49,743 bases of DNA from IMG/VR virus record IMGVR_UViG_3300045988_138037. One strand, given 5' to 3'. The DNA comes from a virus. Below the pieces are notes generated by a model, which did no database searches, was not told the origin of the DNA, and saw only the letters and a list, made by a program, of their open reading frames with translations. The position numbers were made by a program, and so were the translations under genes. Below are positions 10,177 to 18,347 of the stretch, piece after piece (positions within the stretch are counted from its first letter, which is position 1; each line of letters opens with the position of its first letter).

Positions 10177-13100
10177 TGATGTGTATGGATAAAATTATAA
10201 AACACAAAAACGCATATATTGATGCCTTTAAAAAAGGGGTAACAGGGGTTGAGAACAATGTTCTTTACCCTAATGTTGACTCTACTTCTCCATATTATAC
10301 AGAACTTAATGAAGAACAAGAAGTTAGTTCGTTTGCATATGAAGTAGGGAAAACTTTAAAAGGTAATATTGGTGGTTCTGGTGGTGGAGATAATAGTGGT
10401 ACAACTATACCAAATCATAACCACGATGATAGGTATGCAAAAATAGTTCACGACCACGATGGTAGATATTATACTAAAATTCAAATTGATGAGTGGAGAG
10501 ATAGACTTATAAATGGTGATTTGTTATTCAACAAGATAAATTCAAATCATATACAAGCAGGTACTATCGTAGCAGGTAGTACAATAATAGCAAATGGTGC
10601 AATAGGTGATGCTCAAATCAACAAAGTAAGTGCAGATAAACTTGATGCAGGAGTTGTTGACACATCAAAAGTAACAATATCGGGTGCTAATGGTAATTTA
10701 AAACTTAGAGGTAATAGACTTCAAGTATTTGAAGGCATAGGGTCTAAACAATTTGAAAGAGTATCTTTGGGTGATGTGAATGATGACGGTACTGTATATG
10801 GTCTTAGAGTACGTGGTGCAGACGGTCAAACTATATTGTATGATGAGAATGGAGTATATCGTGAAGGTATAACTGACGGTTCTATAAACAATGATAAAAT
10901 AGCAGGAGATGCTAATATAGACGGTGGTAAACTTAATATACACTCTGTTATAGATAATATAAATAAAGATGGTACAGGTACAATACACGGTACTAAAATA
11001 GATATAGACGGAGAGAGTGTAACATCTAAAATATTTAATATCGAACTTAACCAAGATGAACAATCTGAAACAATAGAAAGACAACAATCAGAAATAGACC
11101 AAAATAAAGAACAAATAAAACTTAAAGTAAGTAACCAAAAGTACACGGAAGATATGGCATCTATGACAAGCAAGTTAGAAAAAGCCGAGTCTGACATAGA
11201 GATTTTAAACGAAGGTATAAAACTTACTGCAAGTAAAACAGAAGTACAAAATCAAATCAACAATCTTAAAGATTTCGTATCAGGAGAATTAGGTGATATA
11301 AGTGTTGGTGGAACTAACTACTTAAATAACTCTGCACCTCGTAAAGCTACTGTTGATGAGTTAATAACTTGGGATAGAACGTTAAACGGTACTCGTAAAT
11401 TAACTTATTGGCAAGATTATAATGATAGTGTAGAAAACCCACAGATAGGTTATCATCCACATATAGACCTAGAAACCTTTCATTTCCCTTGTATAGCTCT
11501 TATAAACCGTAATGCGAAGTTTAGTATGGCTAACAGAGAACTAAGTCTTAGGCAGGAAATAAACAATGAAGAAGATATTATAATACCTAATGAACAATAC
11601 GTAATATCTTTTGACGCATATTCTGATACGAGTTTATTTAGTTTCCACGGAGGACTTTATCATAAAAATGTCGAAAGTAATAATTATAACTACCATAGCG
11701 GAAGAATGGATATAACTATCTCACAAGATAATGTAGGTACTTGGAAAAGGTATAGTTATTCGTTTACAATTCACAAAGGAATAGACACATCAGAACCTAT
11801 CTACTTTGTTATTAATGGTCATAACAATCCAGAGGGTAGTGGTTATATAAAAAATATAAAATTAGAAAAAGGTCATATCGTATCTCAATGGACTCCTTCA
11901 CAAACTGACTCTAATGATAGTTTAAATGATGTTGTAAATGATATGAAAGATTTTGTAAACAAATCTATATCTGAATACAATACAAGTATAGATGTTAGAT
12001 TTGATGGTATAACTCAAAGCGTATCTAAAATAGATAAAACTGTCAATGGTGTTAAAAATGATTTAAGTAACTTAGAGATAGGTGCTAGAAACTTAGTTAA
12101 AAACTCTGCATTTATTGACGGTAAAAATAATTGGATATTAGGTGCTAATGTAATTATTGATACAACTAAAACTTTTAATGGGCATCCTTCTTGTAAAAGT
12201 GCACAAAAAGGACTTGCAAGTAATGGTTACAGAGGGTGTGAAAACTATAACCTACCTAATAAAAACTGCTTGTCTATGAAAAAAGGAGAGATTTATACTG
12301 TAAGTTGTTGGTATTATGTTGAAGATAAAAATACTTTTAATGGAATTCTTGCCCTAGAATGTAAAGGTAAGTTAGACAACAATACTTCTAATTCAGTTAT
12401 AATGCGTGTTAGTGTCGATAAAACTGCTATGGTTGAAAGTCAATGGACTAAGATATTTAAAACAATTACTGTTGATAAAGACTATAGTGATGTGTGTGTC
12501 AGAGCGTGGGTAGGTAGAGATGGTATTGCTTGGTTTACTGATTTCAAACTTGAAAAAGGTAATAAATCTACTGATTGGTCTCCTGCACCAGATGATATGA
12601 AAGATTATGTAGATGAAGCTATAACTAATCAAAGTGCAAGTATAGATATTAAATTTGATAGTATAACAAATAGAGTAGAGTCTACTGAACAAACTGTTGA
12701 TGGTGTCAATCAAAAATATACAGAACTTAAACAAACTGTTGATAGCTTTAATTTTACAGGTTTAGTTAAGTTTGAAGATTTATCTAAACTTGGTGGCACT
12801 ATTATAAATGGTGGTAATATAGACACAACTAATCTTCGTGTAAAAGGTGAGTTGATAAGTGGTCAGATAAATGGTGTAGGTGGTATAAAATTTGCTCAAG
12901 GTGCAATTATATCTTCTTATGACTCTCATGTTGGAGGATATAAAGGCATACAAATATCTGCTCCTAGCATCAAACTTGGTGATAAAGTAGACATACATAG
13001 TGCTATAATGTATGGTGATGTTATTGGTAAAAATAATACTAGCTCTGGTACTACAACTTGGACTATGAGTAGTACAGGTGCTTTGAGTTGTGCTAGTGCT

Positions 13101-13751
13101 AAATTAAGTGGAACTTTGAGTGTAAGTGGTGCTATTTATGGTATGAATAATCTTTCACTAGCAAGAGGTTCACTATATGTACCTATCTTTGAAACAAATA
13201 TTACTTGTGATTATATAAGAGGTGGAAACTCTTCTATAGCATTTACAGATACAGGTCCAATACACTTTATATATAATGGATTGAGAAGTTCATTTATTGC
13301 AGGAGGAGTAATATTTTTACCGCATGGTGGGAATGTAAATTGCGACCACTTTAGATTGGGAGCAGGAATTATGGCATCTCCTTCTAGTGGTAGTTTTCAC
13401 TTTTTAACTGCCAATGGAACTACTTCACCACTATATGCAGGAATATTATATTCGGCAACTAGAATGTCTTTAAATGAACCTATGGTTATATCAAACAATT
13501 CTGTTTTTGATAAGATAAATAGTATAGATGTAATAGAAACTAAAGATGGATTAAGGTTATATAACCCTATACCAACCACAAAAGCCATAGACAAATCAAC
13601 CGAAGTTGTAAAGACTGAATATGATGAGGATAAAAACGAAATAAATACGAGTGTAGATTATACATCTGCAATTTCTACACTATGGAAAGCAGTACAAGAA
13701 TTAAAGCAAGAAAATGAAGAACTTAAAAAACTTATAAAAGGAGAGATTTAA
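10176..13751 (+). CDS. Tail fibre/spike protein with duplicated carbohydrate-binding-like modules and a C-terminal intramolecular-chaperone-like domain
   Basis: NHNHDDRY/HDHDGRY His motifs. Two modules end in KLEKGHIVSQWTPS and KLEKGNKSTDWSPAPDD. The C-terminus VDYTSAISTLWKAVQELKQENEELKKL resembles S74-type chaperone domains. Confidence 0.65.
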   Translation: MMCMDKIIKHKNAYIDAFKKGVTGVENNVLYPNVDSTSPYYTELNEEQEVSSFAYEVGKTLKGNIGGSGGGDNSGTTIPNHNHDDRYAKIVHDHDGRYYTKIQIDEWRDRLINGDLLFNKINSNHIQAGTIVAGSTIIANGAIGDAQINKVSADKLDAGVVDTSKVTISGANGNLKLRGNRLQVFEGIGSKQFERVSLGDVNDDGTVYGLRVRGADGQTILYDENGVYREGITDGSINNDKIAGDANIDGGKLNIHSVIDNINKDGTGTIHGTKIDIDGESVTSKIFNIELNQDEQSETIERQQSEIDQNKEQIKLKVSNQKYTEDMASMTSKLEKAESDIEILNEGIKLTASKTEVQNQINNLKDFVSGELGDISVGGTNYLNNSAPRKATVDELITWDRTLNGTRKLTYWQDYNDSVENPQIGYHPHIDLETFHFPCIALINRNAKFSMANRELSLRQEINNEEDIIIPNEQYVISFDAYSDTSLFSFHGGLYHKNVESNNYNYHSGRMDITISQDNVGTWKRYSYSFTIHKGIDTSEPIYFVINGHNNPEGSGYIKNIKLEKGHIVSQWTPSQTDSNDSLNDVVNDMKDFVNKSISEYNTSIDVRFDGITQSVSKIDKTVNGVKNDLSNLEIGARNLVKNSAFIDGKNNWILGANVIIDTTKTFNGHPSCKSAQKGLASNGYRGCENYNLPNKNCLSMKKGEIYTVSCWYYVEDKNTFNGILALECKGKLDNNTSNSVIMRVSVDKTAMVESQWTKIFKTITVDKDYSDVCVRAWVGRDGIAWFTDFKLEKGNKSTDWSPAPDDMKDYVDEAITNQSASIDIKFDSITNRVESTEQTVDGVNQKYTELKQTVDSFNFTGLVKFEDLSKLGGTIINGGNIDTTNLRVKGELISGQINGVGGIKFAQGAIISSYDSHVGGYKGIQISAPSIKLGDKVDIHSAIMYGDVIGKNNTSSGTTTWTMSSTGALSCASAKLSGTLSVSGAIYGMNNLSLARGSLYVPIFETNITCDYIRGGNSSIAFTDTGPIHFIYNGLRSSFIAGGVIFLPHGGNVNCDHFRLGAGIMASPSSGSFHFLTANGTTSPLYAGILYSATRMSLNEPMVISNNSVFDKINSIDVIETKDGLRLYNPIPTTKAIDKSTEVVKTEYDEDKNEINTSVDYTSAISTLWKAVQELKQENEELKKLIKGEI

Positions 13752-13752
13752 T

Positions 13753-14439
13753 ATGAAAATAGGAATAGATATGGGTCATACATTAAGTGGAGAAGGAACG
13801 GGTTCTCAAGGTTGTGGTTACAAAGAACAAAACTTAACTAGAGAACTTGGTAAAATAGTAATAGAAATGCTTAAAAAAGAAGGTCATACTGTTTATGATT
13901 GTACAGTAGACAAATCAAGTAACAATGCTCAACAACTTATAGATAGAGTTAATAAAGCTAATAAACAACCACTAGATTTATTCGTGTCAATACACTTTAA
14001 CGCTTGTGTTAATGATGTGAAGGGTGATGGTCGTACAACAGGTACAGAAGTACTTTTACACTCTATGTCAAGTAAAGCGAAACCTTACGCAGAAAGAATA
14101 GTAAAGAAAATCGCAAATGTAGGTCTTAAAAATAGAGGAGTTAAAACACATAACGCATATGTACTTAAACATACTAAAGCACCTGCATTATTAATAGAGA
14201 CTTGCTTTATAGATGATAGAGATGATATGAATGTATACTTAAAAAGCCCTAGAAAGGTCGCTAAAGCGATTGTAGAAGGTATATTAGATAAAACTATAAC
14301 TGACGTTGTTGAAACGCCTAAAAATGGCTTCTATCGTGTTTTAGTGGGTAGTTATAAGGATAAAAATAACGCTATTAAAAGACAAGAAGAACTTAAATCA
14401 AAAGGTATAGAAGCATCGTTAATATACTTCCAAGAATAA
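13753..14439 (+). CDS. Endolysin: N-acetylmuramoyl-L-alanine amidase (Amidase_3-like) with a C-terminal SPOR domain
   Basis: GIDMGH..., SIHFNA and ETCFIDD motifs. The C-terminus FYRVLVGSYKDKNNAIKRQEELKSKGIEASLIY is SPOR-like. Confidence 0.85.
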   Translation: MKIGIDMGHTLSGEGTGSQGCGYKEQNLTRELGKIVIEMLKKEGHTVYDCTVDKSSNNAQQLIDRVNKANKQPLDLFVSIHFNACVNDVKGDGRTTGTEVLLHSMSSKAKPYAERIVKKIANVGLKNRGVKTHNAYVLKHTKAPALLIETCFIDDRDDMNVYLKSPRKVAKAIVEGILDKTITDVVETPKNGFYRVLVGSYKDKNNAIKRQEELKSKGIEASLIYFQE

Positions 14440-14442
14440 GAC

Positions 14443-14479
14443 AAAAAAAAAGACGAGTAGTTGGGTACTCGTCTTTTTG
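14443..14479. terminator. Bidirectional rho-independent terminator between convergent transcription units
   Basis: A-run, then a 9-bp stem agacgagta/tactcgtct with loop gttggg, then a T-run. Confidence 0.8.
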
Positions 14480-14707
14480 TTCTGAACTTATATATAGTTT
14501 TAATTTGTTGATATTATTTGAAAAATTACGTTGATGTCTTGGTAGTTTATACACTTACCGAGGTGTTTATCTACTCTTTCACGATTTACGTTATTCGAGT
14601 TACATCAACGATTTTAAATACTACATTTGATAAAAATTATTTTACAAAATGACTATTAATGATAATAAAATGTTATTTTTAAAAATTATATTTGGTCTTA
14701 CGACCAT

Positions 14708-14781
14708 TGGCAGGAGTGGTAAGAATTGAACTCACGTCTACGGTTTTGGAGACCGTTGTGTTACCATTACACCACACTCCT
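14708..14781 (-). tRNA. trnW: tRNA-Trp (anticodon CCA) with encoded CCA end
   Basis: The reverse complement AGGAGTGTGGTGTAATGGTAACACAACGGTCTCCAAAACCGTAGACGTGAGTTCAATTCTTACCACTCCTGCCA folds as a 74-nt cloverleaf. It has a 7-bp acceptor stem, anticodon loop CTCCAAA and T-loop TTCAATT. Confidence 0.9.
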
Positions 14782-15010
14782 ATATAAAAGAGGTAAAAAC
14801 CTCTGTTGACGTGGAATATAATTTCAAAGTGCGTTGTTTCGACCCAACGCACTTAGCTGAAAGGAGGTAAATGTTTGAATTTTCTCTTTAAATCAGTTAG
14901 AAGTGAATAGATCCATTTAACATTACAGAAACAATAGTTTTACTTTAAAAAAAATATAATCGCTAATAAGGAGGTGCAACAACATACGATTAAATGTTAT
15001 TACAGTATTA

Positions 15011-15039
15011 ATTATATACGTTCTTTTCTCCTATGTCAA
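15011..15039 (-). promoter_or_regulatory. Consensus sigma-70-type promoter (TTGACA-17 nt-TATAAT) driving the leader plus tRNA-Trp transcript
   Basis: The minus strand reads ttgacataggagaaaagaacgtatataat: -35 at 15039..15034 and -10 at 15016..15011. Confidence 0.7.
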
Positions 15040-15062
15040 TATTTTCCAAGTAAAAAGTGCAC

Positions 15063-15094
15063 AAAAAACTCTGTTTTTTATCAAATCAACAGAG
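15063..15094 (-). terminator. Rho-independent terminator after the 15097..15285 gene
   Basis: Stem ctctgtt/aacagag with a 12-nt loop, followed on the minus strand by TTTTTT. Confidence 0.6.
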
Positions 15095-15096
15095 AA

Positions 15097-15285
15097 TTAT
15101 TTATTTCTTCTATAATAATGTATTAAACACATATTTAGGGAGTTTGCTACACTTATTATATCGCACGATATAGAGTGTACTTCTTCGTTTGTATAATCGT
15201 CTTTATTACGTTCTTTTAACTCCTTTACTAACAAATCAATATCATTAACTAAATCCTCATATCTCGTAAAACTAAACCTGTTCAT
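15097..15285 (-). CDS. Hypothetical small protein (62 aa)
   Basis: The ATG at 15285 follows SD aaaaggag. The ORF-track start at 15339 is a TTG that coincides with a TTGACA box. Confidence 0.5.
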   Translation of the reverse strand: MNRFSFTRYEDLVNDIDLLVKELKERNKDDYTNEEVHSISCDIISVANSLNMCLIHYYRRNK

Positions 15286-15346
15286 TACTTTTCTCCTTTT
15301 TATTTTTAAATCTTTGATTTGAAAATGACCCAGTGTCAACGCTCTG

Positions 15347-15360
15347 TGCGTATATACGCA
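15347..15360. promoter_or_regulatory. Perfect 14-bp palindrome TGCGTATATACGCA (candidate operator)
   Basis: Self-complementary. It sits just upstream (minus sense) of TTGACA at 15339..15334 and shares the CGTATATACG core with the ACGT iterons near 40.4 kb. Confidence 0.45.
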
Positions 15361-15509
15361 TAGTTATACTTAAAACCTTTCTAAACAACTTCGTTGTTGT
15401 AAACTCGATAAACTCGTTTACAGGGAAGGAAGTATTGAGTTAAGTTTGTTACACGTTATTAACACGTTTCTTAACCCCCTACCCCCAAATACATTATAGC
15501 ATAGGTTTT

Positions 15510-15678
15510 TTGTCCACATATGTTATCCACAGAGTTATCCACAGATATTAACAACTTATCCACAGGTTTTGGATAACATAAAAAAGTGCTACACACGTTG
15601 CAATTACTTGTGTGTAGCTTTGTCGAAAAAAACTTATCCACAGATTTACTAAAAAGACTTGACAAGTTTTTGTCCACA
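15510..15678 (+). promoter_or_regulatory. Cluster of seven DnaA-box-like 9-mers: four perfect TTATCCACA, two TTGTCCACA, one inverted tttggataa
   Basis: Boxes at 15510-18, 15523-31, 15535-43, 15556-64, 15568-76 (inverted, 1 mismatch), 15634-42 and 15670-78. A 9-bp inverted repeat gctacacac/gtgtgtagc lies between them. Confidence 0.75.
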
Positions 15679-16101
15679 TACCTTTTCTGGGTATAATTTT
15701 ACTTCTATTCTCGGTAGTTCTTTGTCTAAACTTACGTGCATATCACGTACTAAAACCCACCTATCTTCTTTGAACGCTACGTGTTCTAGTGCGTCCATAA
15801 CTATTTTGTGCATATTGTGGCAATCCCTTCTACGTTTATCTGGGAAGTAATACGTTAATTCACATACTAACCACACACCTTCTTCTTCTAATTTGTAATT
15901 TTGTGATTTGACTGCATTATCTACAATCATCATCACCTTTTGCATATAATCTTGACCTTTTTTCGTCATAAACCTTCTACCACGTTTAAACATATAAAGA
16001 TGGTTTATACTCACCCCAAGAGGTATCACTACGTTTAATTCTTGATTTGGGTATTTAGGTTTTAATCTTATTAAGTCGTCCATACTCATTTCATCCCCCA
16101 T
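15649..16101 (-). CDS. rusA: RusA-family Holliday junction resolvase
   Basis: PDKRRRDCHNMHKIVMDALEHVAFKEDRWV aligns with E. coli RusA [31 protein letters not shown]. Confidence 0.85.
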   Translation of the reverse strand: MGDEMSMDDLIRLKPKYPNQELNVVIPLGVSINHLYMFKRGRRFMTKKGQDYMQKVMMIVDNAVKSQNYKLEEEGVWLVCELTYYFPDKRRRDCHNMHKIVMDALEHVAFKEDRWVLVRDMHVSLDKELPRIEVKLYPEKVCGQKLVKSF

Positions 16102-16290
16102 TTATTTGTAATATCTACAGAATTTTGCTTTTAATCTTGGAAAATATATTTTTTTTAATACATTTATTACTTCACAACTTATATATTCATATGTATGTGC
16201 AAATTTACAATTTTTACAACTTCTATGTTTTTTTCTACGTTTTTTATAATCTTCTTTAGCTTCTTCTAATGTCCATTCTTTTTTCTTCAT
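16102..16290 (-). CDS. Hypothetical small basic Cys-containing protein
   Basis: SD ggggggaaag; 62-aa ORF; CKNC...C motif. Confidence 0.45.
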   Translation of the reverse strand: MKKKEWTLEEAKEDYKKRRKKHRSCKNCKFAHTYEYISCEVINVLKKIYFPRLKAKFCRYYK

Positions 16291-16434
16291 CTTTCCCCCC
16301 TATATAATAACCCTTAGACGCTCTAGGAGCAATTCTAAGGGCTTTTAATTTATTATTTGATTAATTATTCAAGCAACACCTTAATGATGCTAGGAACTCC
16401 TTGTACATCTTGGTACACGAGCTATTTTATATTT

Positions 16435-16950
16435 TTAATACTTATTATCTTGTCTTTTGTGATTTTCTTTATTTTTGTCTTTATAGCACTTGTATAAATC
16501 TTCTATATTGTATCCACACTTATTAACTACTACTCCTAATACCAATAATATTTGGTTTAAATCTTCCCAATCTTTCTCGATAAACATATCGCTTATCATA
16601 CAATCTAGCATACCGATTAAATCATTCATATCATATTCATCTGTATTATAATCGCCTGGTTGCTTTTCTTCTACTAATTCAACTCTATTATCTATTGCTA
16701 TACTTAGTATAAAGTGTAGTACATCACATGCTTCTTCTAGTTGATTAGTTTTATTTTTGTTTTTCTTCCAATATTTAAAACTTTCTATCTCGTTTGCTAA
16801 TTCAAATAACTCTGTTTTTAAAGCTAAGAATTTCTCTATATTTAGGTTAGCGTCCGCAGGTATATCATTTTCTTTTTTTACTCTTGTGTCTAATTTTCTT
16901 TGTAAGCGTCTCATTTCGTTTAATTCTTCTTGTGTAAAAACTGTTCTCAT
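16435..16950 (-). CDS. Dimeric (all-alpha) dUTPase / NTP pyrophosphohydrolase family protein
   Basis: KFLALKTELFELANEIESFKYWK, EEACDVLHFILS and a C-terminal YKDKNKENHKRQDNKY resemble dUTPase_2-family motifs. Confidence 0.65.
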   Translation of the reverse strand: MRTVFTQEELNEMRRLQRKLDTRVKKENDIPADANLNIEKFLALKTELFELANEIESFKYWKKNKNKTNQLEEACDVLHFILSIAIDNRVELVEEKQPGDYNTDEYDMNDLIGMLDCMISDMFIEKDWEDLNQILLVLGVVVNKCGYNIEDLYKCYKDKNKENHKRQDNKY

Positions 16951-16972
16951 ATTATTCCTCCAATATTATAAT

Positions 16973-17332
16973 CTACATATCGCAAATATCTTGCTCGTAC
17001 TCTTTAATTATAACATTTTTTCTATTTTCTGCCAATGCTTTAAGCCCTAATTCACACGTTTGTATTATAGCACTTATACCTGCACAAGTTATACTGTCCT
17101 CGTTATGTCCGTGTACTTCTATATTCATATAACCGTCGCCTTTAGTTATGTTTATTTTAGTTATACCTTCTAGTTTTCTCAATTTTATATCACTCCTTTT
17201 TCTTCCACTTATTATACTTGATACGTGTCCTTGTGTTATTCCGTATTTTTTCGCTATATCTATTTGTTTTTCTCCATTAAGATATGCACTCTTTATCTTT
17301 TCTATTTCGTGATTTGTTAATTTAAACTCCAT
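16973..17332 (-). CDS. prp: Fusion of an N-terminal HTH domain with a Prp-like (ribosomal protein L27-processing) cysteine protease domain
   Basis: HTH: QIDIAKKYGITQGHVSSIISG. Prp catalytic His/Cys signature: EVHGHNEDSITCAGISAIIQT (compare S. aureus Prp GHADHGEYGHDIVCAGASAV). Confidence 0.7.
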   Translation of the reverse strand: MEFKLTNHEIEKIKSAYLNGEKQIDIAKKYGITQGHVSSIISGRKRSDIKLRKLEGITKINITKGDGYMNIEVHGHNEDSITCAGISAIIQTCELGLKALAENRKNVIIKEYEQDICDM

Positions 17333-17336
17333 TTTA

Positions 17337-18161
17337 TTACCCCCACATTTTCGCCATTAAAGTGTTGTACATAAGTGATAAAACTGTCATTACTCCTGTA
17401 TGACCCGTTCCAGATGCTACTAACACATCAAGCTCTTCTAAATCTTCAATTTTTACATCTCCACAAAGTTTACCTTCGTACATATTCATAGAACAATCTA
17501 TTATTATTTGTCCGTCTTTAAAATAACTCTTATCGAAGAATTTAGCTTTACCTATACCTGTTATAACTATATCTGCGTTTTGCATCTTCTCTTTTAAGTT
17601 TTTAGTTTTTGAATGACACATTGTAACAGTTGCATTTTCATCTGTAAGCATTATTTGAAGCGGTTTACCTATTAAATTACTTCTATTTACTATTACTACG
17701 TCTTTTCCTTCTAATTCTGTGATGTGAATTAACATATTTAAAACACCAAGAGCAGTACAAGGGTACATTATTTTACCGTTTTGAGTAGTTAATCTACCTA
17801 TTTGTTTAGTACCTAGACCGTCTACGTCTTTCTCCACATCAATAGTATCAAGAGTTTTACGCTCGTCTAAGTGTTTTGGAAGTGGCAATTGAACTATTAT
17901 ACCATTTGTATCACAATCTGTGTTGTAATACTCTATAATCATTTCTAAATCTCTTTGTGGTATATCGTTTTTTAATAACGTATGTTCAACTTCTATACCT
18001 AACTCTTTGCCTAATTTAATTTTGTTCTTAACATAAGAATTTGATGCTTTATCTCCTTCAACTTGTAATATAACTAATTTAGGAGCAATGCCTTTTGTCA
18101 TTGAAGCCTTAAACGCATCCTTTATTTCTTGTGCTATTTCTTTTGTATTTATTATATTCAT
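17337..18161 (-). CDS. folD: Bifunctional 5,10-methylene-tetrahydrofolate dehydrogenase/cyclohydrolase
   Basis: PKLVILQVEGDKASNSYVKNKIK, GIIVQLPLPKHL, KDVDG, PCTALG, VVIVNRSNLIGKPL and ATVTMCHSKT motifs. Confidence 0.85.
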   Translation of the reverse strand: MNIINTKEIAQEIKDAFKASMTKGIAPKLVILQVEGDKASNSYVKNKIKLGKELGIEVEHTLLKNDIPQRDLEMIIEYYNTDCDTNGIIVQLPLPKHLDERKTLDTIDVEKDVDGLGTKQIGRLTTQNGKIMYPCTALGVLNMLIHITELEGKDVVIVNRSNLIGKPLQIMLTDENATVTMCHSKTKNLKEKMQNADIVITGIGKAKFFDKSYFKDGQIIIDCSMNMYEGKLCGDVKIEDLEELDVLVASGTGHTGVMTVLSLMYNTLMAKMWG

Positions 18162-18179
18162 ATTTTCCCCCTAAGTTAT

Positions 18180-18347
18180 TTATCCATTTATTTGTCTTTC
18201 TCTGTACATTACCATTGCATAATACATTTTATTTTCTGCTTCAAATTTTATATCTATAATTTCTATTTTATTATCATTTATAAAATTATTTACTTTACTT
18301 TCTAACCAAAATGTATCTCCATTTTTTAATATTTTTACTTTTACCAT
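18180..18347 (-). CDS. Cse60-like small protein (55 aa; not in the ORF track)
   Basis: MVKVKILKNGDTFWLESKVNNFINDNKIEIIDIKFEAENKMYYAMVMYRE fits the Cse60 pattern. Its ATG overlaps the stop of the upstream nuclease gene. Confidence 0.5.
   Translation of the reverse strand: MVKVKILKNGDTFWLESKVNNFINDNKIEIIDIKFEAENKMYYAMVMYRERQING

Noticed and set aside
14529-14611. Possible second tRNA or tRNA-like element: 9-bp closing stem cgttgatgt/acatcaacg with an inner 7-bp hairpin
   Set aside because: It cannot be folded into a cloverleaf. No D/T arms of correct size and no anticodon stem are present on either strand. It is kept only as an unexplained stem-rich segment between the tRNA and the terminator.
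14708-14781. Whether the tRNA is a suppressor signalling stop-codon recoding
   Set aside because: The anticodon is CCA (standard Trp), not UCA or CUA. All long genes are open in the standard code, with TAA/TAG/TGA used as stops.
15471-15677. 68-aa minus-strand ORF covering the DnaA-box cluster
   Set aside because: Its VDK/VDN repeats are simply TGTGGATAA translated. It has no SD and overlaps the 3' end of rusA, so the region is better explained as a DNA-binding-site array.
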